Below are positions 1 through 12,134 of a stretch of DNA of 64,000 nt, in pieces (position 1 is the first letter of the stretch; each line of letters opens with the position of its first letter). Below the pieces are notes generated by a model. That model was not told the origin of the DNA. It was given only the letters and a program-made list of their open reading frames with translations, and ran no database searches. The DNA comes from Camelus dromedarius (lineage: Eukaryota). The DNA lies in contig NC_087443.1 of assembly GCF_036321535.1 (NCBI RefSeq), positions 28,644,001 to 28,708,000 on the forward strand, in the 5' to 3' direction. Both the position numbers and the translations under genes were made by a program.

Positions 1-418
1 AGCATACTGATTCTATCCCTCCACCCAACCAGAAATAACATAAAAATCAAAGCCTAGGTGCTTTGGGGCTGGAGAATATCAGAATTCAGCCCTTGGCATA
101 TGGGATCCATTATAGGCAAGAAGTCCTCCTCTGGGAGTTCCTTCCCCCTGGTCCCCACCCACATCTCCACAGGGGAGGGGGCTGCAAGCAAAGGCTCTTC
201 CAGTCAACCCTGGCCATGTTGCTGTGACTCACTGCCTTTGTTAATTACCAGTCCTGCTGTGGACTCTGTCCTGGAGGGCAGTGCAACTGGACGGCCCTCT
301 GAGGGGGTGCAGGAGCAAAGCCTCAGCCAACCATAAAACACAACCGCCCTCCTTCCTCTCCTTGCGGGAAGGACAAGGGGGGCTTTACCACCTGAGCAGC
401 AGTTAAGTAACAAAATGC

Positions 419-443
419 TTTTTTTTTTTTTTTTTTTTTTTTT
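419..443. repeat. poly(T) run (T25)
   Basis: 25 consecutive T; no adjacent retroelement body recognised. Confidence 0.9.
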
Positions 444-1012
444 GTGTTCTCAAATAACTGTGCCTTCAAAGCCTTTTAAAACTTGAAACAAAACAGATAT
501 TGCTCTGCTCTTTATTTACTTTTTTGGTGGAGGGGAGGGAGGAGAATGTGGGAGCTGAAAATGGCAGCACAGTCCTTGGGAGTCAGTTATAAAGGAGCAG
601 GCACTGAAAGGGTTCCATAATGTGTCTGGGACCTCTTTGCTGATGAATAGGATGGCAGTTACCTGCATCTCTGTGCCAGGCCTCCCCCTACTCCTGCAGA
701 GAAGAACTGGGAGGCACACGGCGTTGGGCTGGGGATACAGGTCCCTGTGGGAAGGCCGGGGAAATAGCTACAGATAATGCCAAGGGATGGATTGATGGGG
801 CAATTGGAACCTTCTGGACAATGCAAATGAGTAGTCAACATGGGTACAAGAGAGAACAGAGAATTCTCCAGAAACAATAGTTTTAGCTATTAGTGTCAGT
901 CATCTTCAGTCAAGAATGGCCTGGGTCAAGCTGTGATGTGGTACAGCCATTCACCGATCCCCTACTCATCAGACCTGCCAGATTCTGACAACGTCAACAG
1001 TAAGGGGGGCGG

Positions 1013-1036
1013 CAGCAGCAGCAGCAGCAGCAGCAG
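1013..1036. repeat. (CAG)8 trinucleotide repeat at the tail end of a MIR
   Basis: ggc ggc (cag)8 caa, directly abutting the MIR 3' end. Confidence 0.9.
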
Positions 1037-1039
1037 CAA

Positions 1040-1275
1040 GAGGTACCCGTTATTACACACGTGTTGCGTATCAGCACGACGTTAAGCACTCTGCTTCCAT
1101 TGTATCTCACCTACTCATCACAACTGCTTGAAGCAGTAGTTTTGTGCACCCCATCTGCAGGTGAGGAAACTGAGCCCAGCACTGTGTATATATTTCCTTG
1201 GTCACATGGCTAATAAATGGCAGATCAAGATTTCAACTCAATTTCCTTTGGCTCTGAAGCTTCTACTAGTCAGTA
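1040..1275 (-). mobile_element. MIR SINE
   Basis: Core ccccatctgcaggtgaggaaactgagcccag...ggtcacatggctaataaatggcaga resembles the reverse-complemented MIR consensus. Confidence 0.85.
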
Positions 1276-1813
1276 CCATGTGATCTGCAATGCAGCAGCA
1301 GACCTGGAATGTCACCCAATCAAGCTTTGAGTCCCTCTATCACTTCATCCCCTTCTCAAGCTTCTGGCCTTCAGGGATGGCTCAGAATTCCATGCTAGAA
1401 CCCATGGCCAACCTCTTCAAAACTTGGAACAAGAATTATTGTATAGCCCCTACTATTCTGTGTGTGAATTAAAGAGAGAAATGGTCCTGAAGCCCAAAGG
1501 CTATTTGCCTATAGGCGGAAATAAAGGTAGAAAAGACCTGGGTTGGGATGGGTCTACCTGGGGAGCTACTACAAGCTTGAGTTTCCATCATCAGCTCTGG
1601 AACTGGTCTCAAAATTGCATCCTAGTCTTTTGATCACATATCCACCTTCTCCTGCTTTCGAAAGATAGTATGACAGGAGTCCAGAGGGCAGCAGAACCAC
1701 ACAGAGGTAATACAATTCAACTCTTCCTAAATTATTTTACTCTATAGATAACAATAATAATAGTAATAATAATAAAAAAATTAAAACATCCTTGGTATGT
1801 GATTTTATGTCCC

Positions 1814-1945
1814 NNNNNNNNNNNNNNNNNNNNNNNNNNNNNNNNNNNNNNNNNNNNNNNNNNNNNNNNNNNNNNNNNNNNNNNNNNNNNNNNNNNNNNN
1901 NNNNNNNNNNNNNNNNNNNNNNNNNNNNNNNNNNNNNNNNNNNNN
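1814..1945. other. N run (132 nt)
   Basis: Ns in sequence. Confidence 0.99.
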
Positions 1946-2084
1946 CTCAGGACAGAGTAATGCAAACAGCATAATTAAAAGTTGATGAGAAGTATATTTA
2001 TTGGGCACACAGAAAGAAGAGACACTCAGATTTATGATACATAAAATAAACCTTTAGTTTACAATATAATTAATATTTTAAAAA

Positions 2085-2400
2085 CCACAGCGTGCATATA
2101 ATGCAGCCGAAGAGTTCGCCTCCGCAGAAGGATAATTTCTTTGGTGCTGATCTTGGCCCCGTTTAATAGTAAATTATGTTCCCGAGCATATACAAATGTA
2201 ACATGATCTATTATGATCTAGAGATGATGCTCATTGAGATGTCTGCAGCTGTGATAGATCATGGTTGCGCGTCTCTGAAGACACGGAAGATGGCTGAAGG
2301 GCCAATTATTTATCTGTGGCATGAATTCCATGGCTATTAGTCACACACACGGTGATGCAAAATGAGGGTATGCCACTACATTTTAATCAATCCCCGCTCA
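2085..2400. promoter_or_regulatory. Candidate conserved non-coding / enhancer-like element
   Basis: 11 CpG in ~310 bp in a CpG-poor background, several TAAT/ATTA motifs, a CAGCTG E-box, no repeat similarity recognised; function is inferred. Confidence 0.3.
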
Positions 2401-2574
2401 GGAAAACCCCTTGTTAGCACAGAGCTGAGGACATTGGGAGTTTGCAGGGGAGGAGCAGTGCTTTAGAAAAGCAAGGGGGCTGGGTGAGAGGAACAGGCTC
2501 AGAGCAACAGGAAGCACCCAAACAATCCATGGTGGCCAGTTGGACCCACCAGCGTTCATGGTGTTGAGTCACAA

Positions 2575-2735
2575 GTTCAATCTCATGTAATACTAATGAG
2601 CACTGCACGGGATAGATGCAATCTTTTCCATGTCTACTATGCAAATGAGGAAACTGAGGTCCTGAGAAATTAGCATGCCAGTAACAGCAAAGCCAGGGTT
2701 CACAACCAGCTGTTTACCTCATTCTGCTCTAGCTC
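2575..2735 (-). mobile_element. MIR SINE fragment
   Basis: gcaaatgaggaaactgaggtcctgaga core. Confidence 0.7.
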
Positions 2736-5700
2736 AGGGCTCCTCCTCCTACACAGATTCGGTTTCTCCTCTGAGACACACCCCCGAATTGCCTCTCTGG
2801 GAGACAAGCTTCTTCCACCATCCATCCCTTTTCCTTTCATACTTATTCCAGAGGCGCTAGTGACCTGTACACTCAACAGTCTCTGGTAAACTCGTCCTTG
2901 GTCCCATCCTCAAGGACATTCCCAACAGGGTCATGATTGTTGCCCTTTAACAGATGTACTTTTTCCTTTTAAAAAGTCCTGCTATATAACTAAATAAGTG
3001 AGTTACTTTCTTTCCTTTCTTCTTCCTATCTCCCTTCTTTTTATCCTTCCTCCCTTCCTTTATACGTTTTTTAAACCTTGGACTTGAACTTAACAAATGT
3101 TCTTGTGTTTTCTTTTTACCTAAATAGAGATACTATATACCTGGGGGACAAATAGGTGGCTTTGTGCATATTCTCTAGTCTCCATTCTGTCTAAAGTCCC
3201 CAGGCTGATGAGTCTACCTCACTCCAGGGGCTGTAAGGAATGTGGGCACAGAGTTTGTTAGAGTGGTTCTTTTTCAGCTACCTGTTCATTCTGCTTGTCC
3301 AAGCACCTGGACCTTTACTATAGGGAGCCACTGAAGGACTTTAAGAAGGAATACCCAGATAATTCCCCTACCCAATCTACATGCTTCACAGGTTATAGAT
3401 TAGTTACGAGTATCTTACAGAGAATGGGCAAATGCCATTCAACCACATGATGGAACTTTTAGGAGACAGGATTGCCTAGCTTTGGATCCCATTGCTTCAG
3501 TTACATCCTACTAGTCTGGGCCCTCTCACCCTGGATGGTAACTAACCACAGACAAGGAAAAGTCCAGTCCAGCATGGGCCACACTTCCTATTCGGACTGT
3601 ACCCCATGCTCGAAGTAGAAACCAGCATGGCTTCCTCAGCATCGGGAGGGACCCACTTGGCTTGAATTCTCAGGGGGACTTCATGACAGCTTGAGTTGAG
3701 ACCAAATTTCCAAAGTGGGTGCTATGTCCTGAGCATGAGCTTTGAAATCCTAACCTGGGTGGTCTGGACAGGAGTCCAATCAGCTGGCAAATCTGGATTT
3801 TTACTAAGTTCCAATGCAATTAAACATTTACCTACAATCCTAATGTTGAAAACACTCTCAGTGAAGAGGCATACAAAGGAAACACACAAAATAAATTAAG
3901 CTCAATGTAGATAAAGAAAATAATATGAGTTCCTCTTCATTATCTGGTTCATTACACTTTTTAGTGCTTATTAAAATCGCTGTTAAATGATTTAGTTTTG
4001 TTTTGGAAAAAAGTGGATGAAGAAGGGAATAAGAGATTAAGGAAATAAAATGCTGAGGTTTCCATTCTGGAACTGGTTATAGAACAAGGACAGGATGAGA
4101 AAATTAATTTGTAAGTCTCTCTGGGGGAGCAGTCAACACCAGGCATCACAAAGCACACAATTTGCCTTATTTTTTGCTTAATTGGCATGACCTTCTCTGG
4201 GGAAGACTTCAGCCTAAGCCAAGTAAGAGGACAAATCACCTTTAGTGTGGCCCCTTCTGGGTCATGAATAATTTTTCTGACAGCCATGTCAGATCAGGAT
4301 GTTAATGTATCAGCTAGTGCCTCTGTAACTCAGCACTGAGAGGGTAACTTACTTCCTATTAGCAGGTATGTACATACGTACATGTACACACACACACATA
4401 CACATCCTGGGGTGGTTTAGTTCAGGTCCCCAGTACTGACTTGGGGAAGAAGGGCTCTGAGAGAACCTAGCTTGTTCTAGGTCAGGACAGATGGTAAATG
4501 TTGCTGCTAGAACCACTGCTCCACCCTCTTCAAGACGGCTTCTGTCATGGATTTAGTATCTTCTAGCTGTCCCAGATGCCCTGAGGTGCATGTTTGTGGT
4601 GGTGGTGGTGGTGGTTCTGACCATCAGAACATGCTGTCTTCACCAGGTGAAGTATCTGGAGCTTAATCTATGTCTTTAGGACACCATGCCTGAATATAAA
4701 TGATTAACACCAACGACGGAAATGTGGAGTTCTGAGATAAGATCACAGAAAATTATTTCAGGAAAGAGGAGACTCTGCATGCCCTTCAAAATGCAGCATG
4801 TAGACTGCATAGGACCCAAAGAACTCTACTGACTGCTGTGGAGATGCCCTGGGTTGGCTCCAGATGCTAGAAGGCTCAAGTATGGTCTCAGGAAAACTTT
4901 CTTCAGATGTGGGCCCTCTCAGGCCTCTAGAACCAGTCTTGGGATCACCAGGTGTTAATATGCAATTCTAGACAAGGACATATACATGCCCTTGACCTCC
5001 TGGTCTCAGCTTACTTTGCAGCCTCAACTTAACTGGGACCACCCTTTTGTCCTAAGTAGCAGTCATCCCAAACTATTCGACATTTCCTGAATGTATTTTC
5101 ATTCTTCCACCCCTCTACTCCCTGAGGCAGAGAGAATGTGCGTGCTTATTTATCACAGCACAATCCCAATAAATGAGCACCACTTATTCATTACTATCCT
5201 TCCTTGAGGGCAGGGACCATTGTCTTATGATTATTAAATGGATATCACAGATCTCAAAGGGCTTAGCACATGGTAGGTGCCATAAATGCTGAGTCAATGG
5301 ACTATGACATGAGAAAATCTAATCTCAAAGGAAAGCACAGGAGATGGGAGAGTATACCCATCGTCAAGGCAAATTAGAAAGTGCCAAGCCCCTTAGCAGA
5401 GATGCTTATCTTAAAGGTTATGGCAGCTTAGTGGAGGGGAGAACCGGGAAGTGTGTTACCTGAGGACCTCCCTTGGCTCTGAGCATGTGTGATTCTAAGA
5501 TGCAGAGATGCTGTGACATTTGGGGCATGCATGGATCAGAACGGTTCTGGGAGGAGACTGGTGAGTCCTGCAGAAGGGCTCACAAATGAAGTCCGAGGGT
5601 ATAAAGCATCTTCTTTTTGAGTTCTAGAAGTTGGTTTTTGCTTTTCTTCCCCAAAATTGTCTCCAGCAATTTTAGTCTCTCTTACAGTATCAAGTTCTTT

Positions 5701-6413
5701 CCCATGTCAGTCCACACCCAACAGGAAGATATTTAGGAGCCCAGCCATTGGTCAAATGGCCTCCTATCAGACAACCAAGAGAGCAGAGACTGACAGTAAT
5801 GTCTTCTAACAGAGAAAAGAGCGGTTCCTTTGCTGCCTCTGCCAATGGAGAGCACCTAATTAGACCCACTGGGGGCCTGGGACATCCTTGGCAGTGGGGA
5901 CTCAAGCATCCATCCCATGCTTACTGACCACTGATAGTAGGTACAGGGAATCTACCATGTCCTCTGCTAGAGATAAACTATGTAGCTACTCTCAACTTTT
6001 CTGTTGCCCAGAGACTTCCACCCATGGCTCAGCGTGAGCAGCATCATTAATTGGAGAGACAACAAGGGAGGGAACTGGCACTGATAATCAGCCCAGCCAG
6101 AGGAAGGGCTGGCCTGGGCAGGTGCCAGGGATGAGCCAAGCAGAATCTCTCCTTTATCCTGATGCTTCCCCTCCCAGGAGCCTTCAGTCTCCGTTACTAA
6201 ATCCTCTGCAAACTGCAGTGAGGGCAAAAAGCAAGCCTCTTCCTTTCATAATGAATTTGGACATAACTGAGGACTGTTTCTAGGTAACTCACCCTGCCCT
6301 ACTTTCTCCCACCTGCTTTCTAACAAAGTCAACTGGAGAGCAAACAGAGTTGGGCTTTCAAAGCCTGAGATTTCAAACAGAAAAACCCTCCCTTTTGCAG
6401 CATCTGTACTTAC

Positions 6414-6660
6414 AAATAGGTGTTCTGTATTTATACAGCATATTAAAACCCAAAGCCTNNNNNNNNNNNNNNNNNNNNNNNNNNNNNNNNNNNNNNNNNN
6501 NNNNNNNNNNNNNNNNNNNNNNNNNNNNNNNNNNNNNNNNNNNNNNNNNNNNNNNNNNNNNNNNNNNNNNNNNNNNNNNNNNNNNNNNNNACCCCACCAG
6601 GAAAACCTTAAACCTTTTGCATTTTGTGAATTTCATTACTTCAGATTGCAATATTAATAA
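6414..6660 (-). other. Candidate exon (spans N run 6459-6590)
   Basis: Minus-strand acceptor ttttcttggttgtacatttcag| and donor TTT|gtaagt. Confidence 0.2.
6459..6590. other. N run (132 nt)
   Basis: Ns in sequence. Confidence 0.99.
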
Positions 6661-6875
6661 CTGAAATGTACAACCAAGAAAATGCTAATTTTCTGCCTTT
6701 CCTTTTATTTTTTTTCTTTCATCTATTTTCCCCTCTAATTAAAAAGGAGGGAAGGTAAAGAAATAAAAAGAAATGGAAGGGGAAAAAGCCAATGAGATGT
6801 AAACCTACAACACAAATTCACAATTGTATGGAAGGGGAAACTGAGGTTCTGAGGGCGATGTCCACAGTTACTCAC

Positions 6876-6990
6876 TTTAGAAGAGACCTCACAGTAAGTT
6901 TCCCACTGTAAACTCAGTGCTCTTTGGCTGCATTTCCCTACCAACTCATTGATGAGGCCCCAAATCCAAATGAAGAAATGGATCCAAGAG
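6876..6990 (-). other. Candidate 115-nt exon
   Basis: Minus-strand acceptor tttggcctgtcctttattag| and donor AAA|gtgagt. Confidence 0.2.
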
Positions 6991-8336
6991 CTAATAAAGG
7001 ACAGGCCAAAGCCAAAATTTCTATAAGCAGCTAGCCTGACTTTTCTTCCATTTACACTATCTGGTTTATCATCACTTTGCATAACTCTGATCTCAAGGGG
7101 TACAGAATGACTTTAAATTACTGGCATTCAAAGAAGATTCACGTTTCAAACAATAAAAGGAATGCATTCTCTCTTTAATTATGTAATTCCCAAGGAGAAG
7201 AACATACTTAACTCAGCCAGCATGGACAGAGCCCTCAGGGCCACATGTTATACTCAGCAGTATCCTTTTCAACCCAATGAGCTGGCACCCTTGCAAGGAT
7301 GGTTGCTCCCCATTTTTCATGGAGAAAAGACATGGGGTCTGAGATGGAAGCCTTTGAAAGTCCTGGCTCCCTGTCCAGTAGCCTGTTGTCCAAGCAGGCT
7401 GAGGTCATCTGGGAAACAGAAAGGGTCAGTGTGACCTTGAGTCAGACTCAAAGAATCTGGGGCTAGGGCTGCCTTGGCACTTGGGGTGCTCACAAAATCA
7501 GCAAGAAATGGTATGAGTGGATTTTCATTCCAAGAAATCTGAACACAGAACATGCCTTTGTCTGTTTCTTGGCTAGAATGCATCCAAAGGCAATGCCAGC
7601 TTGGCACTTGTTGGCCCCAATGAAAGAGAGAGGAGACAAGGAGGGACGAGCAACCCCAGGAAGAGGTGCTCCTGGATGTCACAGCATCAACTTCTAGAAC
7701 TTCCTGACCCAAGTAAACTGAGGGTTTACCTACATGAGGAATGTTTTAGTGGAGTGCTCACTGTCTCACACACCTTAGAGAGCTGGGGGTCAGGTTTTGG
7801 TTTTGTGAAACTGTTTGGAATTACAGTGACTTACTCTGTGCTGGAAGTCTGAGGCCCTTCTGCCTGGGACCTCCCTCTGCAGAGATGTTTATGAGGAAGG
7901 GTGTCAACCTGGGGGCAATGGTTCAGCTATCCTGTCCCTGCCCACGGGGCAGTGAGAACCAATTGCTGTAAGTGAGGGGCAAGGAGGGGAAGAGAGGAAT
8001 GGTCCCAGGTGGGTTTTGCTTAGGACTCCTTTACAAATGACCCTGAAACCTAGTGGATAAAGTAGAAACAGATTTACTGAGGCAAAAGATGGGGATAACA
8101 GGAAAGACTCAAGGATGGCAGATGAAAAATCAGGAACTGATGTCTGTCAAACAGGAGACAGGAGGAAAAGGGGTTTTTCTTACTCCATCAATCTTGCTCT
8201 GAGTGGCTTACCCTTCCCGGGTCAGTTTATTGAATCCAAAATGTGCTTAGCCCAGCCAGCGGCAGCCTGCTCTCTCCTCTCCCTCCTCTCTCCTCCAGTC
8301 CCTGCTGCTCTCCTCCTAACAGATGGTAGTACACAC

Positions 8337-8668
8337 NNNNNNNNNNNNNNNNNNNNNNNNNNNNNNNNNNNNNNNNNNNNNNNNNNNNNNNNNNNNNNNN
8401 NNNNNNNNNNNNNNNNNNNNNNNNNNNNNNNNNNNNNNNNNNNNNNNNNNNNNNNNNNNNNNNNNNNNNNNNNNNNNNNNNNNNNNNNNNNNNNNNNNNN
8501 NNNNNNNNNNNNNNNNNNNNNNNNNNNNNNNNNNNNNNNNNNNNNNNNNNNNNNNNNNNNNNNNNNNNNNNNNNNNNNNNNNNNNNNNNNNNNNNNNNNN
8601 NNNNNNNNNNNNNNNNNNNNNNNNNNNNNNNNNNNNNNNNNNNNNNNNNNNNNNNNNNNNNNNNNNNN
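8337..8668. other. N run (332 nt), flanks suggest a CA-rich repeat
   Basis: Flanked by acacac and gacacatac. Confidence 0.95.
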
Positions 8669-9199
8669 GACACATACCAGCTGAGTTTATGCAATGTAAG
8701 CTGAGCCCTGGAGCCCATCTAATGACTGGGAGGCAGAAGAGATGTAAACTCAAGCTAAACCAGATCCTCTTCCTAAGATAATAAACTGGCTTTGCAGCCC
8801 AGCTGTGCTGAGGCTGTATGTACATATGGGGACTAACCGCTTCAAGTTGCCTCCTGGAGTCCTTGCAGTTTGGCGGAGAGAAAAAGGGGGACAAAAGGAT
8901 AATTCTTAAGGAAATTGGTCTTGGATGAGCAATTAGTTGGGGCCCCAACGGGAGAGTGGGCTTGGAGGGACCTGCCATGCTGGTGTCACTGTGCTGTGGT
9001 TGCAGGATGGAGGTGACACAGGAGGGAGTGGTAGCAAAGAAGGGAGGGGCATGAGCCTGGGTCTTTAACAGCTTAGAGCCAGGTTGGCAGAAGTGATCCA
9101 TATAGCATTACAGGGATACAGAAATAAAAACCATGTCAAAAGTAAACAGTGGGTAATTCTTTCTAAAGGGCCAGCTCTAACCATTGCTGTAGAGGTAAT

Positions 9200-9427
9200 G
9201 CAGTAGAGTGTGGTGGGTTTGAGAAATAGGCCCAGACTTAGGATGCATGAATTTCAGTCCCAGTCCATAGCACAAGCTGGCTTAATCTCTTTAAGCCCCG
9301 GCTTTCTATTTTTAAATGAGGATCCTAAGTGTACTTTCCTCATGAGGCCATTGAGAAAGTCAGTGAAGTAATATAGGTAACGGGCCTATCACAGAGGCTG
9401 CTATACTCATCAAATATTTGCCATTAT
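9200..9427 (+). mobile_element. MIR SINE
   Basis: gcagtagagtgtggtgg...ggcttaatctctttaagccccggctttctatttttaaatgagg...atcaaatatttgccattat resembles MIR consensus. Confidence 0.7.
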
Positions 9428-9956
9428 GTTAAGTTCTGTGAAGAGATGGTGAATAGATTGCTGAGAACATCTGGCAAATCTTCATGCTTGAGAAAGGACT
9501 TGATATGGAAGTTAAAAAGGAAAAAGAAATAATACAGGTTGGTGGAGAAAATAGGGTCCTGAAAGGACAGAAAGCCTGCTGGGTTCCAGAAACATGCTAC
9601 AATCCTGGAGCTAGAAATGAAAGTCAAAATGTCTAAGAGCTTAACGTGTTTTTGACTCCTAAACTGTGCTCCTTCCCTAAAGTTTTTCAAAGAGGCTATT
9701 AATGTCCCTTTATCAATAGTTCACTAAATATTATTTACTTTTATACCCAAAGAAAATTTCTCGAGTCTCTAGAATGGCCTCAAAAATGGTTGTAAAATTC
9801 AGTGGTCAGCCAACGTTCTCCAAAGAGTCCTCTCCATCTCTCTTCCACTCTGTCCTTTTCATTCCTTGCTCTTGGCACTACCACCTGGAGTTCCCACCCT
9901 AAAGGTAACACGTTATGTCTACGTTAATTCATCTAGATTTAAATAAAAATGTATGT

Positions 9957-10036
9957 TCAAATCAGGATGAAATCCCAGAGCAGCAGCATAGTCAGGTCAA
10001 ATAAGAAGTTGGCAGATAGACTGTTTGAAAACCCAG
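9957..10036 (+). repeat. Dispersed local duplication, copy A (80 bp; partner 12135-12214)
   Basis: 67/80 identical without gaps; first 31 nt identical (tcaaatcaggatgaaatcccagagcagcagc). Confidence 0.9.
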
Positions 10037-11104
10037 GCTTACGTCAACTATTCATGCCAATGGGCGGCGGTGGGTGTTTTGTTCCTTAAAATATTGCCTT
10101 AGGTGTCTGCACAGGTAGCTGTAATACCCCTGAGCCCTATCCAGCTCTCCTGAAAGTGGCATGTTGTAATACTAAGCCAACAGCCCACAATGGACAGGGG
10201 TCAGAGAAGGTAGCCTGACATCCAAAGGAAATCCCCTTTCAGAGAAAGCAAACATTAGAAATGGACCCAGAAATCCCCTGCACATCAGCCTGAAGGAGAA
10301 GGTAATACTGTATTTGAAATAAGAGAAATCATCCCTCACTGGGAACATGGCAGTGAACAAGATCTGATCTACAAAGAATGGAAGACTGCTCATGGTCGTT
10401 CACTCATCCATTAATTCTAGACATAATGTTTGCTGGGTGGTGGGGAGGAGGAGTTCCTATATTCAAGGCATTCACTCAGTCTAGTAGTCACACTCCTCAA
10501 GGTCAAGTCCACGATACTGGGACTCGTACAGATCATTTATAACAGCATTGTAGAGTCTTACCACTAGGTAAGATCTGAGAGGTCACTGAGTCTGATCTTT
10601 CCCCTTTGCATTACAGAACTCTGAAGCCCAGATTTGCTGATCAGTGATTGTCAGTGGCAGAAATAGGCCCAGAATAGAGATCCCCCAGCTGCTAGGTATA
10701 ATCTTTGCCCCTCTCTACATTTGCCTCTGCTTTAAAAATGCCTTCTCTAAAAGTGGCCCTAATGATAGGCTGATGATGGGGCTCTGGCTGCCCAAACTAC
10801 AGGCCCAGTGGCAGGAGAGCTACCTTTCTTCTCCTTGAACAAGGGTGGAAATGCCAGAAAACCCATGGTGTGTCAGAAATGTTGATGGCTAAATATTGCA
10901 ATGTAATAACAAAGGCAACCTTTGGAGGAATAAGGAAACAAAGCAATTTAAATCTCATTTAAATAATTTTCCCTTCTTTCCCCTATCTTCACCCTCGACT
11001 GTTCAGCGAGCCCATCTGAATTCTGAGGGCATGTTCAGCCTCCCACAATAGGGGCTGAGCGCTGGAAATGTCCTTTCATTTAATTTCCAATGTTAGCTAA
11101 ATTA

Positions 11105-11252
11105 NNNNNNNNNNNNNNNNNNNNNNNNNNNNNNNNNNNNNNNNNNNNNNNNNNNNNNNNNNNNNNNNNNNNNNNNNNNNNNNNNNNNNNNNNNNNNNNN
11201 NNNNNNNNNNNNNNNNNNNNNNNNNNNNNNNNNNNNNNNNNNNNNNNNNNNN
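11105..11252. other. N run (~148 nt)
   Basis: Ns in sequence. Confidence 0.95.
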
Positions 11253-11825
11253 TATTTTCTCCAGTAGGCTGAGCTGTATGTTGTATTTGAATGTGGACTG
11301 ATACCAAGAAGTGGTTTTCCAAAAATTCCTTCTCCTGCATGCTCAATGCAAATATGTCAGGAATCTGTAACATTTTTGAAGAACACATGCATTGTGAAGA
11401 ACACATGTATGACTAATTTCATTATCATAGTGCCAAATATATAGTAAATATCTGATCAATATTTGATGAATAAACTAATGAGTGAGGACCTCATTAACCC
11501 TTTGGCTATGAACTTTTCCATGAATCTGCCATTAATTCTCACTTCTAAAGGCTAACTGAGCATCTACTGTGTGCAAAGAAATTGTGCTAGGTATAACTCA
11601 AAGAGGTATATGACCTTACTTTCTATGAACTTGTGATTTATTGATAAAAACCAAGCATCTACATTAAAAGTCAACATTATAAAGTATGAAACGGTGAAAA
11701 GTGAGACTGAAAATTTCCTGAAAGGGTAAAAGAATGAGATATAGTCCCTTGAGTTGAGTAACAAAAGAGAAAAGTAGTAGTAAAGATGGTGTATGTTAAA
11801 TGGAAAAGGGAACCATTTGATACTA

Positions 11826-11945
11826 TGTTAGGTCTTTTTCAGCTGTAAGAGACAGAAACCCAGTTCAAGTCAACCTACTGGCTCACATGACTGGCTTCAG
11901 ACCCTGCTGGGTGAAGGGCTCATATGCTGTCATGAGGAATCTAAA
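11826..11945 (-). mobile_element. MaLR LTR fragment (MLT1-like)
   Basis: tgttaggtctttttcagctgtaagagacagaaacccagttcaag resembles the reverse MLT1 3' terminus. Confidence 0.55.
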
Positions 11946-12134
11946 ATGTTAGCTCCCTAAAGACCAAAGGAATGATCATTGTGTACGACCCTACTTCTAT
12001 GTTCCTTTTACAGAGTTTTCAACTAAATGCATCTTCTTTGCTTTTCAAACTTGGACACAGTTTTTTCAGTATAAAAAATGTAAGATTTCTTAATTTGGTT
12101 TTGACCTGTTCTCTTAAGTCTTGAAAATACGTGG

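Noticed and set aside
1013-1039. (CAG)8CAA as a polyglutamine exon
   Set aside because: It sits in a MIR tail with no supporting ORF or splice context.
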